This document shows positions 30,314-39,127 of a stretch of DNA of 64,000 nucleotides, piece by piece. A program made the translations under genes and the position numbers. The notes beneath the pieces are model-generated. The model had not been told where the DNA came from and made no database searches. It saw only the letters and a program-made list of their open reading frames with translations. Source of the stretch: a virus (taxonomy: Duplodnaviria; Caudoviricetes); the IMG/VR virus record IMGVR_UViG_3300034157_000065, positions 128,831 to 192,830 of that record; one strand, written 5' to 3'. How positions within the stretch are numbered: position 1 is the first letter of the stretch; each line of letters opens with the position of its first letter.

Positions 30314-31094
30314 TAAAAAAATCCATTATTTACTTATATATATTATTATATAGCATACAATAATACTTATAGCAACTTAATAAAAAAGCCAACTTATGAT
30401 TGGCTTATTATTTTTATACTTTAAGATTTAGAACAAACTTTTAATTAGATAAACTGGAAACAGTATTATAAATCCAACTATGATAAATGGAAAGGCTATT
30501 GTCATTCCAAGAGCACGACCTATTTTACTCATAGTTGAGGGTTTGCCACTAGATTTATCAAAATTCTCTACTTTAATTTCATAGTTGTATATTTTTTGTT
30601 CTTTTTCTTCAATTGTAGATGTTTTATCAAGCATTTCTTTATTTATCTGGCATCCCGTCTTGGTTATTTTAAAATCAACTGTTTCAGTGTAAGACAAAGA
30701 TTCACTGTTGTAGATATCTTGTAGTTTTGATTCCTTTAATACTGTTTTAACAGTTTCTTTGTAATCAGTTTCAGCATTAGTTTTACAATCTTCCTGATTA
30801 TAGAAAGCACTAACTTTCTTTATCATTACAATTTCATTTTTTGAGTTCTTTCTATATTCAAAGTTGTCACCATTTTTATTCACGTCAGTTAAGTTGACAA
30901 CTTCTTCCTTTTTATCATTCATTTTTTTATCGTAAACTACGATTTGTGGTTTACCAGCACAACCAACTATACTCATTATTGTTAATGCCACAGTAGTCAT
31001 CTTAAATCCATTTTTTATGCTTTTAAAGTTCATTAAAAACTCCAATGTTATCTTATATATACTATTATATAGCATACGATAATACTTATAGCAA
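30255..31094. repeat. ~120-bp imperfect direct repeat (30255-30375 and 30975-31094) covering promoter, RBS and signal peptide
   Basis: ATTATTGTTAATGCCACAGTAGTCATCTTAAATCCATTTTTTAT...ATAATACTTATAGCAA in both copies. Confidence 0.9.
30428..31033 (-). CDS. Lipoprotein with C-terminal TM (AT-rich island)
   Basis: MNFKSIKNGFKMTTVALTIMSIVGC, near-identical N-terminus to 29711..30313. Confidence 0.75.
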   Translation of the reverse strand: MNFKSIKNGFKMTTVALTIMSIVGCAGKPQIVVYDKKMNDKKEEVVNLTDVNKNGDNFEYRKNSKNEIVMIKKVSAFYNQEDCKTNAETDYKETVKTVLKESKLQDIYNSESLSYTETVDFKITKTGCQINKEMLDKTSTIEEKEQKIYNYEIKVENFDKSSGKPSTMSKIGRALGMTIAFPFIIVGFIILFPVYLIKSLF

Positions 31095-31171
31095 ACTCAC
31101 AAAAAAACAACACTTATTGTTTTATATGATATTAATTTATTTTTTTTATTTTCCAATGTTTTAAATTTATC

Positions 31172-31834
31172 TTATATATTAGCTAATAATAAAAACGGTG
31201 AAAGTAGTATTCCACCAACCACCATAGCAACGCCTACAAAATAATAAGGTAATGACGCTTTCCAAGATTCTATTTTGTATAAAAATTTATCAATGTAGCT
31301 GGCTTCAGCAATAATTTCATAACCGTATGTATTGGTCATAGTTTTATAACATTCATTTTCAACGATAGAAAAGCTATTGTTTATGTTATTTATTTGTTTT
31401 AATGTATCATCGTAATTATTTTTACACTGTTCTAGATTTTCATTTTCGTAATGATATTTCAGTTTAACTATATTTCCAGCCAATGTATCAGTTGTTATAG
31501 TTTTTGAGTTTTTATGATAGTCATAAGAATTGAAACCAATGGAACTGTTGAATCTATTACCGTTACCTTCTCCCGCAGTAGTCCCAACATGGACAAAAAA
31601 ATTAAAAGTTAACATCCATATTAATATTGCTATTTTTGTTTTTTTAAAAGATGAAAAGAAACTGTCTAAAAAAATTACAAATGGTCTTAATGTAAATCGG
31701 TAAATATTGTATATTATCTTTACACATACAAATTCAAATACATTATAAAAAAAATCCCATAATTCTAATCTATCTAATGATTTACCAACATCAGCAGTTA
31801 GTATCTCTTTTATTTTATTTATTATTTTTTTCAT
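31172..31834 (-). CDS. Membrane protein (AT-rich island; paralog of 31879..32532)
   Basis: MKKIINKIK, IIYNIYRFTL, YEIIAEA; C-terminal TM. Confidence 0.75.
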   Translation of the reverse strand: MKKIINKIKEILTADVGKSLDRLELWDFFYNVFEFVCVKIIYNIYRFTLRPFVIFLDSFFSSFKKTKIAILIWMLTFNFFVHVGTTAGEGNGNRFNSSIGFNSYDYHKNSKTITTDTLAGNIVKLKYHYENENLEQCKNNYDDTLKQINNINNSFSIVENECYKTMTNTYGYEIIAEASYIDKFLYKIESWKASLPYYFVGVAMVVGGILLSPFLLLANI

Positions 31835-31878
31835 GACTTAATACTCATTTTAGGTTTAGTTTAGTTTATTTTTTTATT

Positions 31879-32532
31879 TTACTTATTAGCTAAGTATAGT
31901 AATGGTGAAATAATAATAGTTCCAATAACAATAGCCAATCCACCAAAATAATATGAAACTGATTTTATCAATGATCCAATTCCGTAAATAAATGTGTAAA
32001 AATAATTAGCTTCGGCTATTATTTCATAATTGTAATAATTATTGTTTGGTTTAAGGCTACACTTATTACTTTTTATGCTAAGATTTCTATATTTTTTTTC
32101 AATATAGCTTAATGATTTTTCATATTCAATTTTACATCCTTCCAAACTAGAAGTTTGGTAATAGTGTTTTATTTTAATCATTTCGTCGGCTAATTTCTCT
32201 TCTGATATAATCTTTGAGTCTTTTTCATAATTGTAAGAACTAAACCCAGTTTCGCCATTAAATCCCAGAGAAAAAGAATCCCCTATAGTATAAAAAAAAT
32301 TAAAACTCAGCATCCATATTATTATGGCTATTTTTGTTTTTCTATACGATGTAAAGAAAGTAGTTATTAATGTAATCAATGGTTCTAATGTAAATCTGTA
32401 TATATTATAAATAATTTTGTTACATATAAATTCTACTACATTTAAAAATATTTCACCTAATTTTAGTTTGTTTATTAGAGGTTCTACATCATAGTTTAAT
32501 ATTTTTTTTATTTTATTAATTATTTTTTTCAT
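31879..32532 (-). CDS. Membrane protein (AT-rich island)
   Basis: Paralog of 31172..31834. Confidence 0.75.
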   Translation of the reverse strand: MKKIINKIKKILNYDVEPLINKLKLGEIFLNVVEFICNKIIYNIYRFTLEPLITLITTFFTSYRKTKIAIIIWMLSFNFFYTIGDSFSLGFNGETGFSSYNYEKDSKIISEEKLADEMIKIKHYYQTSSLEGCKIEYEKSLSYIEKKYRNLSIKSNKCSLKPNNNYYNYEIIAEANYFYTFIYGIGSLIKSVSYYFGGLAIVIGTIIISPLLYLANK

Positions 32533-32579
32533 GGTTTTAAACTCATTTTATGTTTATTATTCATTTTCTCTAATAGCTC

Positions 32580-33137
32580 TTACAGAAAAGAAACAATTAG
32601 ATAATTAATTAAAAAAAATGGAGACATTATTATTATAATAAGCAATGAAAAAATGTATGCAACAATTTTAAAAAAGGATTCTAATTTATATGATAAGTTA
32701 TCCGTAAATCCAACTTCTGCTGTAATTTGATAACTATATACTTTTATCGCATCTTTCTTTTCTTTGCATAATGCTCTTTTAAGTGAAAGATGTGCTTCTT
32801 TATTGACTTCTATGTATTTAGGCATATCTTCAAAAGTCTTATTACATGTGTTTATATCTTTAATGTCTTTGTAACTAAGTGTTTTACTACAAGTTCCGTC
32901 TGTAATCTTCATATCTTTGTATTCTATTTTAAATTTTTCAAGTGCTACTGCTTTTTTTGCTTGACATTGTTCTAAATTTATATCTTCATCGTATATTTTT
33001 ACTTTAACTATATTATCAAAAATTTTTTCTATTTTCGTTATAGGATGCTGTTCTTCTTTATTAGATTCGTTTTCAAGCGTATTCCCAACAGTTGTAAAAA
33101 AACTTATAGCTAATATAACGTATATCATTTTCTTCAT
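32580..33137 (-). CDS. Membrane-anchored protein (AT-rich island, same family)
   Basis: NLEQC, YQITAE, YKLES; C-terminal TM with SPF. Confidence 0.7.
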   Translation of the reverse strand: MKKMIYVILAISFFTTVGNTLENESNKEEQHPITKIEKIFDNIVKVKIYDEDINLEQCQAKKAVALEKFKIEYKDMKITDGTCSKTLSYKDIKDINTCNKTFEDMPKYIEVNKEAHLSLKRALCKEKKDAIKVYSYQITAEVGFTDNLSYKLESFFKIVAYIFSLLIIIIMSPFFLINYLIVSFL

Positions 33138-34108
33138 GGCTTAATACTCATTTTAGGTTTAATTTTGTTTTCCACTGTTGTAATTATTTCAATTACTGTT
33201 TCTGGGATTGGTTTGATATTTAATTTCTCCAACAATTTAACTGTGTAATAAGCATCATTACCACTGTTATGCATTTCTTTTTTCGTATGGTCAATTTCAA
33301 ATTCTGTTAACATTTCTTGAAGTGGCTTCTGTTTGCCATAGAAAATTTGAGTATCTAATATGTTCAGTTGTGGATAATCGCTTATCCATATGCTATGAAC
33401 TCCAAATAATCTTAAGTCTTCCTTATGAGCATGAAATAAAACATAGTCCGCGACAGCTAGTTGTTTCTTAATAATTTCAGCCATTTGGTCTAACGTGATT
33501 ACTCCTGTTTGTCCAAATCTAAACCTTCGTTGCAAACTGCTATCACTCTTGCTTTCATAGGCAGTATCAATTAAGTAGTGTTTTGATATGAGGTTATCGC
33601 CTTGTTTAATCGTCATGCCCATTTCAGTAATCAAATCTCGCTTGTTAGAGAATTCAAAATCTATGGAAACGATACGTTTTGATTCAATGTCATCTGGTAT
33701 GGTATTGATGAGTTTCTTTTTTATCGCCGTTTTGGTCATGGACATTTTTTGATCCAATCTTACACCACCGACTTCTTTCATTTTAGTTGATATAGCTTTT
33801 CTTACATCGCCTATACATGAAACTTTGAACGCTTCCATTTCTTTATAGATTTCTGGATTCGCCATGCCTACTCGTTTGGTTTTGAACCCTCTTTCTAATT
33901 TTAAAGCAGCTAGTAGGTTTATCTTTTCAAAGTCATCTTGGGAAATATGGATTTCATCTGTACCTTTTGGTAAGTAGACATTTTCAACATTTAAAATATT
34001 AAAGATATTTACGTCACTGTAGAAATCGTTAATTTGTTTTTTAGACTTTGGATTCTTGGTTGTATTTCCTAATGATTTTCGTATTTTATTGGTGCTGTAA
34101 TAGTTCAT
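33134..34108 (-). CDS. DEDDh 3'-5' exonuclease (Gfd2/YDR514C-like RNase H fold)
   Basis: SIDFEF, FHAHKEDL, LDTQ, HNSGNDAYYT. Confidence 0.75.
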   Translation of the reverse strand: MNYYSTNKIRKSLGNTTKNPKSKKQINDFYSDVNIFNILNVENVYLPKGTDEIHISQDDFEKINLLAALKLERGFKTKRVGMANPEIYKEMEAFKVSCIGDVRKAISTKMKEVGGVRLDQKMSMTKTAIKKKLINTIPDDIESKRIVSIDFEFSNKRDLITEMGMTIKQGDNLISKHYLIDTAYESKSDSSLQRRFRFGQTGVITLDQMAEIIKKQLAVADYVLFHAHKEDLRLFGVHSIWISDYPQLNILDTQIFYGKQKPLQEMLTEFEIDHTKKEMHNSGNDAYYTVKLLEKLNIKPIPETVIEIITTVENKIKPKMSIKP

Positions 34109-34248
34109 GATAAGTTATGTGTGTATTTGTTTATTCCATTTTACCATTAAACTTAAAGAAGAAAAGTTGCGGATATTTTTTCACATTTAATTCTTGCATT
34201 TATTCTCATTATTTATTATAATAATTTAATTATTTTTAGGAGTTCATC

Positions 34249-35244
34249 ATGTCAAAGATCTTAACTGGCGATAGGCCAACAGGTTCACTTCACCTTGGGC
34301 ATTTCGTAGGGTCATTGCGAAACCGAGTAGAACTGCAGCATCTGCACCAGCAAACGATCTTGATTGCTGATAATCAGGCGTTGACTGACAACATGGGTAA
34401 TCCAACCAAAGTGCGTGATAACGTCATTGAAGTCGCCAAAGACTATCTGGCTTGTGGTATTGATCCGAACAAGACTACGATTTGTGTTCAATCACACCTC
34501 CCAGCGATTGCAGAACTTACCTTGCTGTATCTAAACCTTGTCACTGTCTCTCGCTTAGAACGGAATCCTACCATTCGTGATGAGATTAAAGCTAAAAACT
34601 TCGAACGCAGCATTCCAGCAGGTTTCTTAGCCTATCCCGTTGCACAAGCGGCAGACATTACAGCGTTCAAAGCTGACCTTGTTCCAGTCGGTGAAGACCA
34701 GCTTCCGTTGATTGAGCAGGCGAATGAGATTGTCCACAAGCTTAACTCCCAGATAGGTTTTGAGATTGTTCCTACAATCAAAGCTCTTACCTCGACAGTA
34801 GGAAGACTTCCAAGCCTCGATGGTAAGTCTAAAATGAGCAAATCGCTCGGTAATACCATTAATCTATACGCAAGCATGAAAGACATTCAAAAGGCCGTCA
34901 ATTTGATGTTTACGGACAGCAACCACTTGAAGGTTGAAGATCCCGGCCAAGTAGAAGGTAACGTAGTGTTCACTTATCTTGATGCTTTCGATCCTGATGT
35001 GGATGAGGTGGCGAACCTTAAAGAGTTCTATCAACGTGGCGGGTTAGGTGATGGTACATTGAAAAAGCGTCTGGTTGGTGTTTTAGAAACGGTCATTGCT
35101 CCTATCAGAGAGAAACGTCTCTTGTTGAATAACCAGCATGATTTTGTGCTTGATGTGTTGAAGCAGGGGACAATGAAAGCCCTAACAGAAACGAACCAGA
35201 ACGTCAATGAAATTAAGGACGCTTTTGGGTTTTTCAAGTTCTAA
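34249..35244 (+). CDS. trpS: Tryptophanyl-tRNA synthetase
   Basis: TGDRPTGSLHLGH, YPVAQAADI, VPVGEDQ, KMSKS. Confidence 0.97.
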   Translation: MSKILTGDRPTGSLHLGHFVGSLRNRVELQHLHQQTILIADNQALTDNMGNPTKVRDNVIEVAKDYLACGIDPNKTTICVQSHLPAIAELTLLYLNLVTVSRLERNPTIRDEIKAKNFERSIPAGFLAYPVAQAADITAFKADLVPVGEDQLPLIEQANEIVHKLNSQIGFEIVPTIKALTSTVGRLPSLDGKSKMSKSLGNTINLYASMKDIQKAVNLMFTDSNHLKVEDPGQVEGNVVFTYLDAFDPDVDEVANLKEFYQRGGLGDGTLKKRLVGVLETVIAPIREKRLLLNNQHDFVLDVLKQGTMKALTETNQNVNEIKDAFGFFKF

Positions 35245-35273
35245 AATATTTTCAAAAATAGTGAAAAAAGTGC

Positions 35274-35302
35274 TTGCCACATGGACCGGTTTTCGGTATT
35301 AT
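35274..35302 (+). promoter_or_regulatory. sigma70 promoter with A-rich UP-like element driving the repeat/minigene transcript
   Basis: TTGCCA-N17-TATTAT preceded by A-tracts. Confidence 0.65.
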
Positions 35303-35357
35303 AGACACATCAAGACGAGAACAAGAACCCTAACGAAAACAACCAGTTATACTAATC

Positions 35358-35665
35358 AAGTGCCCGAGGTGAACTACCGATGGAGTAAGTAATCAAATTA
35401 GAGAATGAGACTATTTAATATGATGATACTAGCTTTAAAATAAACATTAACCACTTGATAATTAGTTAAGTGCTCGAGGTGAACTAGGAATGCCGTAATA
35501 CACTAAAATTAGATAATTAAATTGATGATATAATATTAGAGTATAACAAACACATAAACATTCACTTTAAAATTGTTTAAAATGAAGTGCTCGGAGGTGA
35601 GCTGCCCATGCCGTAGTCAACAACTATTAGATAATTAAACTTATTATAGATGATGATATTAGAAT
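35358..35665 (+). repeat. Three ~110-120-nt imperfect repeats starting at 35358, 35468 and 35585
   Basis: AAGTGCYCG(G)AGGTGARCT-N4-ATG-NNG-TAR...ATTAGAKAAT...ATAYTAG. Confidence 0.9.
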
Positions 35666-35704
35666 GGAAATGAATCAAGCGGTGCGGTTTTTTTAAGTGG
35701 CAAT

Positions 35705-35766
35705 TTAACGCCCTCCACCAACTGATTAAAGCAACTTAACGCCCTCCACCAACTGATTAAAGCAAC
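35705..35766 (+). repeat. Perfect 31-bp tandem repeat x2
   Basis: TTAACGCCCTCCACCAACTGATTAAAGCAAC at 35705 and 35736. Confidence 0.95.
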
Positions 35767-35770
35767 ACGA

Positions 35771-35799
35771 AAAAGACCTAGAAATAGGTCTTTTTTTTT
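35771..35799 (+). terminator. Intrinsic terminator
   Basis: AAAAGACCTA-GAAA-TAGGTC-T9 (sister of 36604-36630). Confidence 0.9.
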
Positions 35800-35906
35800 G
35801 CGTTCATATAGTAAAAAGTTCTTGCATTATATTTAAAAGTATGATCCTCTCTTTACTTTTTGTATTTTTATAGTATGATGTTGAAGACCAACAGTAAGGA
35901 GGACGT

Positions 35907-36191
35907 ATGAATAAAAATACAGTTCCGATTGCTCTGGCGGCTTTATTGCCTGTTGCTTATGGAGTTAGAAGACTCATTAAAAATAAAGCAACTGAACAGA
36001 CTGAAATGAATCAACTTCTCGGAGATCATTTCAAGGATGAATACAAAAATTTGAAATTGACCTCCCACCAAAGAAAAGAGATTTATTCAGTTCTTAAGAA
36101 TAAAGCTGCTGACGCCAATCATGACATTAAACACATACTTAATGATACACAACTTAGTCTATACGAAAAAATTCGTAATAAACTTCACTAA
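35907..36191 (+). CDS. Spy/CpxP-like LTXXQ protein, membrane-anchored
   Basis: YKNLKLTSHQR and ILNDTQ align with 6922..7224; AAGGAGG RBS. Confidence 0.6.
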   Translation: MNKNTVPIALAALLPVAYGVRRLIKNKATEQTEMNQLLGDHFKDEYKNLKLTSHQRKEIYSVLKNKAADANHDIKHILNDTQLSLYEKIRNKLH

Positions 36192-36246
36192 GTATCAAAT
36201 AAAACATGAAACAAATTTAACTAAATTAACTTTGGAGGCTATACTT

Positions 36247-36588
36247 ATGAAAAAATTACTAATTACTACTGCACTTACATCATTAATGGCTCTATCCGCT
36301 AGCTCTTTTGCAGCAGACACTTCAGGTGCTATGTCTGGGGCGACTGATGGTATGAAGAATACCACGTCCGAAATGAAAGGACACATGGGTGCTAAAATGA
36401 TGAAAGGCAAGATGGAAGCTGATGCGGCTAGACTCAATCTAACAGCCGATCAGAAAACAAAAATTGATGGTTTAATGAAAGAGAGCAAAATGAAACTTGA
36501 TACCGACATCAAAGCTGTTTTAGATGACAAACAAAAAGTGGAATTTGATAAAATTCAAGCTGAGAATAAAGCAGCTTGGGCAAAATAA
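36247..36588 (+). CDS. Spy/CpxP-like LTXXQ periplasmic protein
   Basis: Signal peptide SFA-A; Met/Gly-rich N-region; LNLTADQK and VLDDKQK. Confidence 0.7.
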   Translation: MKKLLITTALTSLMALSASSFAADTSGAMSGATDGMKNTTSEMKGHMGAKMMKGKMEADAARLNLTADQKTKIDGLMKESKMKLDTDIKAVLDDKQKVEFDKIQAENKAAWAK

Positions 36589-36701
36589 TCCTCACTTATA
36601 TATAAAAGACCTAGTGATAGGTCTTTTTTTGATCTTAAATAACGTTGTTTTTTGTGCTTGTTTTTGGTATACTAGGCTTCTCAATTTTATGGAGTTAGAT
36701 C

Positions 36702-37184
36702 ATGAATCAACTAGTTGCTCTACTGCACACATTGGAATCTATGAAGCTACATGTTAGATCTAAAATGACTTCAATGGATGATATTAAAATTTTGATTGCT
36801 ACTGATAGTTACAATCTAGCGGCTCACCACCTTCGCCAGAATATTCAAGATCATGGTTTTCCTGAAAATGACCATTGTAGTCAAATTTTGAAGATGATTC
36901 ACAATATTGTCATTGATAAAGGCATTGCCTATAAAGAAGAATATTTCGATAGTCTTTTTGAACTTATTCGCTCTAACTCTGAGTTGGCACCTATTCTCAA
37001 ATATCATGAATTCAAAGAACATGGCTATAAGCTGGCCGAACCTGAGCATTATGAAAAATTTGTTAAAATGAGCCGTAGCCTTAATAACAAAGCATTCAAA
37101 AACAAAGAGTTGATTATTTTCTTTTGTGCCAAAATTCTTGAAACTCATGATGAAATTATTCGGTTAAAGGCTAATTACTTTTGA
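36702..37184 (+). CDS. Hypothetical protein
   Basis: GGAG RBS. Confidence 0.7.
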   Translation: MNQLVALLHTLESMKLHVRSKMTSMDDIKILIATDSYNLAAHHLRQNIQDHGFPENDHCSQILKMIHNIVIDKGIAYKEEYFDSLFELIRSNSELAPILKYHEFKEHGYKLAEPEHYEKFVKMSRSLNNKAFKNKELIIFFCAKILETHDEIIRLKANYF

Positions 37185-37840
37185 GCACTTTAACTGATAT
37201 CAGTGAAGCTAATTCAGTTAATGACTATTATACTGCTCGCATTAACACGCTTAAAGAAAACTTGTTAAAAAATATAGTCATTATTAACAATAAATTTAAT
37301 ATTAATCTTACTGTTGATATTGAAGTTAAAGACAATACCATTATTATTAATGGTAATGAAGACTTCTCTTTTGTCATTTATAAATGGTTTAAGTTAGGTA
37401 AAAAAGGAAGTTCGTCATACAGTGCGGTCATCAAATTAGACTGTCCGACATTTCCTTTCTATCCTTATCAGGCTGTCAATGCCACTTTTTCTCTTTGTGT
37501 GGATGATGATTTCAATATTTGCTCGGCAATTTACAAAGGTTTATTCAATGTTTCAGGAATAAAATCAAGTTTTGTCTTAAATTTTGATAAAAATCTTAAT
37601 TTTGAAAGAATTGTTGCACAGTCAATAGGTCTGAAAACTAAACAATCCTATTCAATTGACAAAGAAAATGGACGCTTGTGTTCTTTAAGCGATGAAAGTT
37701 TATTGTTTAAATTTTACCTACATCAGAATAAAGAAGAAGTAAAAGAAATGTTGCCGGAATGCTTCGTTCCATCAGCATATGATTTTAACTCGGTTGATTT
37801 CAAAGATCGTCTGAAATTGTTTGATATGGTCATTTGTTGA
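37181..37840 (+). CDS. Paralog family A (ends RLKLFDMVIC)
   Basis: MLPECFVPSAYDFNSVDFKDR; closest to 24801..25436. Confidence 0.8.
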   Translation: MSTLTDISEANSVNDYYTARINTLKENLLKNIVIINNKFNINLTVDIEVKDNTIIINGNEDFSFVIYKWFKLGKKGSSSYSAVIKLDCPTFPFYPYQAVNATFSLCVDDDFNICSAIYKGLFNVSGIKSSFVLNFDKNLNFERIVAQSIGLKTKQSYSIDKENGRLCSLSDESLLFKFYLHQNKEEVKEMLPECFVPSAYDFNSVDFKDRLKLFDMVIC

Positions 37841-37937
37841 AAATTTTTAAAAAAGTCTTGCAATAACTTCTAAATCTAGGTATCATGACCACCTTAAATC
37901 GAATAAAGTAAATTAATTAACTAGAAGGAGTCTGCCC

Positions 37938-37952
37938 ATGTCTATTCTTTAA
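37938..37952 (+). other. uORF/minigene MSIL*
   Basis: AAGGAG-N7-ATG TCT ATT CTT TAA after promoter TTGCAA-N17-TATCAT. Confidence 0.5.
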
Positions 37953-37973
37953 ACTTAATAGAGGTTATTAATT

Positions 37974-38309
37974 ATGAGTAGAACAATACGCCGCAAAAAC
38001 GATAAATCAAAATACAATTTCGTCAAAACTTTCTTGCTGGATGAGAGTGATTTGGGCGAAAATGGATTGGTCGAGTGGAATTGGAACAAAGGTTTCATCG
38101 GATTGACATTAGAACAAGCTAACAAGAAAAAAACGCAGTGGTTCCACTCCTGCAGCGGCCCACGCTTCGATTACTGCCCCGGCAAAGCTTACCGTCAGGA
38201 ATACCGGGCGAAAAGCAAGCAGCAACTCAGGGAGCAATTGAACACCCTCGATGACTACGAAGCCGTAGCTATCGACAAGCTCTGCAACGATTGGCGTTAC
38301 TGGATGTGA
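37974..38309 (+). CDS. Basic hypothetical protein (MSRTIRRK...)
   Basis: GAGG RBS; terminator after. Confidence 0.75.
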   Translation: MSRTIRRKNDKSKYNFVKTFLLDESDLGENGLVEWNWNKGFIGLTLEQANKKKTQWFHSCSGPRFDYCPGKAYRQEYRAKSKQQLREQLNTLDDYEAVAIDKLCNDWRYWM

Positions 38310-38361
38310 TTAAAACTAAGACCTTTTTCGAAAGGTCTTTTTTATTTTCAAGGAATTGAAT

Positions 38362-38763
38362 ATGAAAAAAATTACTGTATTTCGTTTGGAAAATATCAAT
38401 AAACTCGGGCCATTCAGAGGTGGTCATAGGAATGAAGCTAACCTATTGAAAGGTCATTTCGGCATTCGTAATTGTCTGATTGACTGCGAAATCATGAAGC
38501 CCCGGATGTTTAAAAAATTTGCTAAGAATGGTTGGCGGTGTGCTTGGAGTGTGGAAGAGGACTTCGATAACTGGCTTAATGACCATGCTGCTTATTTTGA
38601 ATCATTAGGCTATTTTAAAGTGGCTTATGATGTGTCTCAATACAAACTGTGTGCTGACCAAAAGCTTTTTTATTTTGATGAAAAAATAGATGATTATGTC
38701 TATTCTGATGTTGTAGGTCATCAAGTTTTTTTTAATCCTGAAAATGCTGTTAAGTTGAAGTAG
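38362..38763 (+). CDS. Hypothetical protein
   Basis: AAGGA RBS; VFRLE...GPF motif. Confidence 0.7.
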   Translation: MKKITVFRLENINKLGPFRGGHRNEANLLKGHFGIRNCLIDCEIMKPRMFKKFAKNGWRCAWSVEEDFDNWLNDHAAYFESLGYFKVAYDVSQYKLCADQKLFYFDEKIDDYVYSDVVGHQVFFNPENAVKLK

Positions 38764-38829
38764 CAACCATTTTTTATTTGACAAATATATTTAAAGGTAT
38801 ATTTGTACGATCAAACATCGGAGAGATTT

Positions 38830-38976
38830 ATGATTTTGAATTTCTTTCTTCATGCGAAACATCATCGCACATTTAAATTCATTCTCGCTTTTATTGGAAC
38901 GTTTACACTAATTGCTTGTTCATTATTATTTTTGACACTTATACTGGAAATCATCTTAGTCTTTCTTCCTTCTTAA
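38830..38976 (+). CDS. Small single-TM protein, 48 aa; not in ORF track
   Basis: GGAGAG RBS; hydrophobic C-half; TTGACA promoter upstream. Confidence 0.55.
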   Translation: MILNFFLHAKHHRTFKFILAFIGTFTLIACSLLFLTLILEIILVFLPS

Positions 38977-38979
38977 CGC

Positions 38980-39127
38980 TTGACCTACTAGTTTGTTTTC
39001 TCTATACTATTGGTGTTGAAAACAAATATATATAAGGAGGACTTATGAGTGGAGATGCGTCTTAAATCATAGCTACATTTATACTTGTTAACTGGCACTG
39101 AATGGTTTTCCATTCGGTGTTTTTCTT
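38980..39127 (+). promoter_or_regulatory. frr leader: promoter, uORF MSGDAS* (39045-39065) and terminator hairpin (39095-39127)
   Basis: TTGACC-N17-TATACT; TAAGGAGG-N4-ATG; GCACTGAATGG-TTTT-CCATTCGGTGT-TTTTCTT. Confidence 0.65.

Larger units (their letters stand above)
35309..35799 (+). ncRNA. ~490-nt transcript lacking a long ORF, with three SD+minigene repeats
   Basis: Promoter at 35274, terminator at 35771-35799, internal repeats. Confidence 0.6.

Noticed and set aside
35358-35665. CRISPR array
   Set aside because: Only three degenerate units, similarity extends through the would-be spacers, the period is ~110-120 nt, and no cas genes are present.
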